Positions 30,842-32,000 of a stretch of 32,000 nt of DNA are shown piece after piece. Position 1 is the first letter of the stretch; every line of letters begins with the position of its first letter. The DNA comes from Flavobacteriaceae bacterium (GTDB taxonomy: Bacteria > Bacteroidota > Bacteroidia > Flavobacteriales > Flavobacteriaceae), in assembly GCA_028281065.1 (NCBI GenBank), contig JANQKN010000193.1, forward strand, positions 2,438 to 34,437, given 5' to 3'. The notes under the pieces were generated by a model. That model was not told where the DNA came from. It saw only the letters and a program-made list of their open reading frames with translations, and ran no database searches. Made by a program: the position numbers and the translations under genes.

Positions 30842-31676
30842 TAACCTGTGCCGCTTCCCAACCGATCATGGCCGATTTCCGGGTGGGACCCCACATATAT
30901 CCACCTATGTTCCCCGATGCCTGTATAACCCTATGACAAGGGATTAAGAATGCTACAGGATTGCTGCCGACGGCCGTACCTATGGCCCTTGCTGCTTTAG
31001 GTCGTTCAATTTCCTTTGCAATGCTGCCGTAGGTGGTTACATCGCCCATGGGGATCTTTAAAAGGGTTTCCCAAACCTTTAACTGAAATGGCGTACCGTG
31101 CAGATGCAGTTTTATTTCGTTCAATTTGCTCCAATCATGCTGAAAAATAAATAAGGCATCTTGCTGTATCGTATCTACCACTTGATTGTATACAGCATTG
31201 GGGAACTTCTGCTGTAAACTTTCAAAAGCTTCTTCTTTGTTATTAAAAAAAGCCATGTAGCAAATGCCTTTAGGGGTAGAGGCTACCAATAGGTGCCCGA
31301 AGGGACTTTCGGCAAAACTGTAGTTGATAGAAAGGTTCGCACCGCCGTTTTTAAATTCGCCAGGGGTCATTCCTTCTATGTTTACAAAGAGGTCGTGCAA
31401 CCTGCCTGTGCCGGACAATCCCATTTCGTGGGCCGTATCGAATAGTGTAGCTTGCTTTTCTTTTAATAGGCCCTTGGCGTAGTTAATACTTAGATATTGC
31501 ATAAACTTTTTGGGGCTTACCCCCGCCCAGTTTGTAAAGAGCCGCTGAAAATGATAAGGGCTTATATGTACAGCTGCTGCAATATCGTTTAAAGAAGGTT
31601 GTTCCTTAAAGTTTTCGTTTATATAATCGATCGCTACCGCAATCCGATCATAATTTAATTGTTCCTGTTTTGTCAT
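30834..31676 (-). CDS. AraC-type HTH regulator fused to methylated-DNA-protein-cysteine methyltransferase (Ada/Ogt-like)
   Basis: The N-terminus has an AraC HTH (LNDIAAAVHISPYHFQRLF). The C-terminus has the MGMT active site IPCHRVI. Confidence 0.8.
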   Translation of the reverse strand: MTKQEQLNYDRIAVAIDYINENFKEQPSLNDIAAAVHISPYHFQRLFTNWAGVSPKKFMQYLSINYAKGLLKEKQATLFDTAHEMGLSGTGRLHDLFVNIEGMTPGEFKNGGANLSINYSFAESPFGHLLVASTPKGICYMAFFNNKEEAFESLQQKFPNAVYNQVVDTIQQDALFIFQHDWSKLNEIKLHLHGTPFQLKVWETLLKIPMGDVTTYGSIAKEIERPKAARAIGTAVGSNPVAFLIPCHRVIQASGNIGGYMWGPTRKSAMIGWEAAQVNV

Positions 31677-31920
31677 TTTCCTGAAATTTTATGACACAAA
31701 AATATAGGGGTTTTATAGGTCATAAAACCCGTTTCTTGCTAAACACTTTATACACTTGCATTTTCTGAAGAAGACTTTGCAAAAGGGGATCCTTCAAAAT
31801 AAATTTGGAAGGAACCTAGTCTTTATTACATCTTTGTGGCAGTTCATTGAAAATGTTCTTTTGAAATTTTATGGGATATGTAAGTCAATAGTGGCTTGCA
31901 TAACGTATAAAATAAAGATT

Positions 31921-32000
31921 ATGAATTGGAAAATTCAGAAATTGAGTAATGGTGAGACCATTATTTCAAAAGAACCCGGTAATTCTATGCTACCTATTTT
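31921..32000 (+). CDS. 5' fragment of an ORF, possibly an S24-like peptidase (continues past the window)
   Basis: MNWKIQKLSNGETIISKEPGNSMLPI contains a G-x-S-M-x-P motif like the S24 (LexA/UmuD) nucleophile region. Only 26 codons are visible. Confidence 0.3.
   Translation, partial: MNWKIQKLSNGETIISKEPGNSMLPI

Noticed and set aside
31707-31730. A 9-bp-stem hairpin (gggttttat-aggtc-ataaaaccc) 30 nt upstream of the AraC-MGMT start.
   Set aside because: It is not positioned after any gene, so it is not a terminator. It may be an operator, but there is no second copy or known Ada-box similarity to support a call.
31682-31873. A 12-nt direct repeat TGAAATTTTATG at 31682 and 31862, flanking the ada / S24-like divergent region.
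   Set aside because: AT-rich 12-mers are expected to recur by chance many times in a 32-kb window, and there is no supporting symmetry.

Overview
The window looks like a chromosomal segment of a Bacteroidota (probably Flavobacteriia) genome. Support for this: many lipoprotein-type signal peptides ending in Cys, a TAnnTTTG-type -7 box upstream of the tRNA, about 40-45% GC, and the gene content. All protein calls come from reading the supplied translations for family motifs. No database or HMM search was possible. Layout: (i) 1-15.8 kb is a tightly packed locus for catabolism of collagen-type breakdown products. It contains a Cys/Cys 4-hydroxyproline epimerase with an FAD dehydrogenase, a Cys/Thr trans-3-hydroxyproline dehydratase with an OCD-like reductase, and Xaa-Pro and S28-like peptidases. 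It also contains a translationally coupled module of GH63-like glucosidase, kinase-M23-aminotransferase fusion, GH2 beta-galactosidase and a SnoaL-like lipoprotein. I interpret that module as a glucosyl-galactosyl-hydroxylysine salvage route. (ii) 16-23.3 kb is housekeeping or miscellaneous: DUF4407, a BlaR1/BlaI pair with TACAnnTGTA operators, PhnA-like, DUF4476, a membrane protein and an M20 dipeptidase. (iii) From tRNA-Leu(UAG) at 23.4 kb to about 29.25 kb is a compositionally mosaic accessory patch with no integrase. It holds a secreted cPLA2-like lipase bracketed by roughly 43-bp direct repeats, a hairpin-rich non-coding stretch, a low-GC three-gene cassette (TIR, small 3-TM protein, ThsB-like TIR), and DUF2199 and DUF434 genes. 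(iv) 29.3-31.7 kb is a four-gene overlapping alkylation-repair operon (AraC-MGMT, 2OG oxygenase, Ada Zn-domain, AlkB). The best candidate for an undescribed system is the TIR / 3-TM / TIR cassette at 26.1-27.8 kb. It has Thoeris-like sensor genes but none of the known Thoeris effector domains. The second candidate is the glycosyl-hydroxylysine module at 5.2-13.8 kb.
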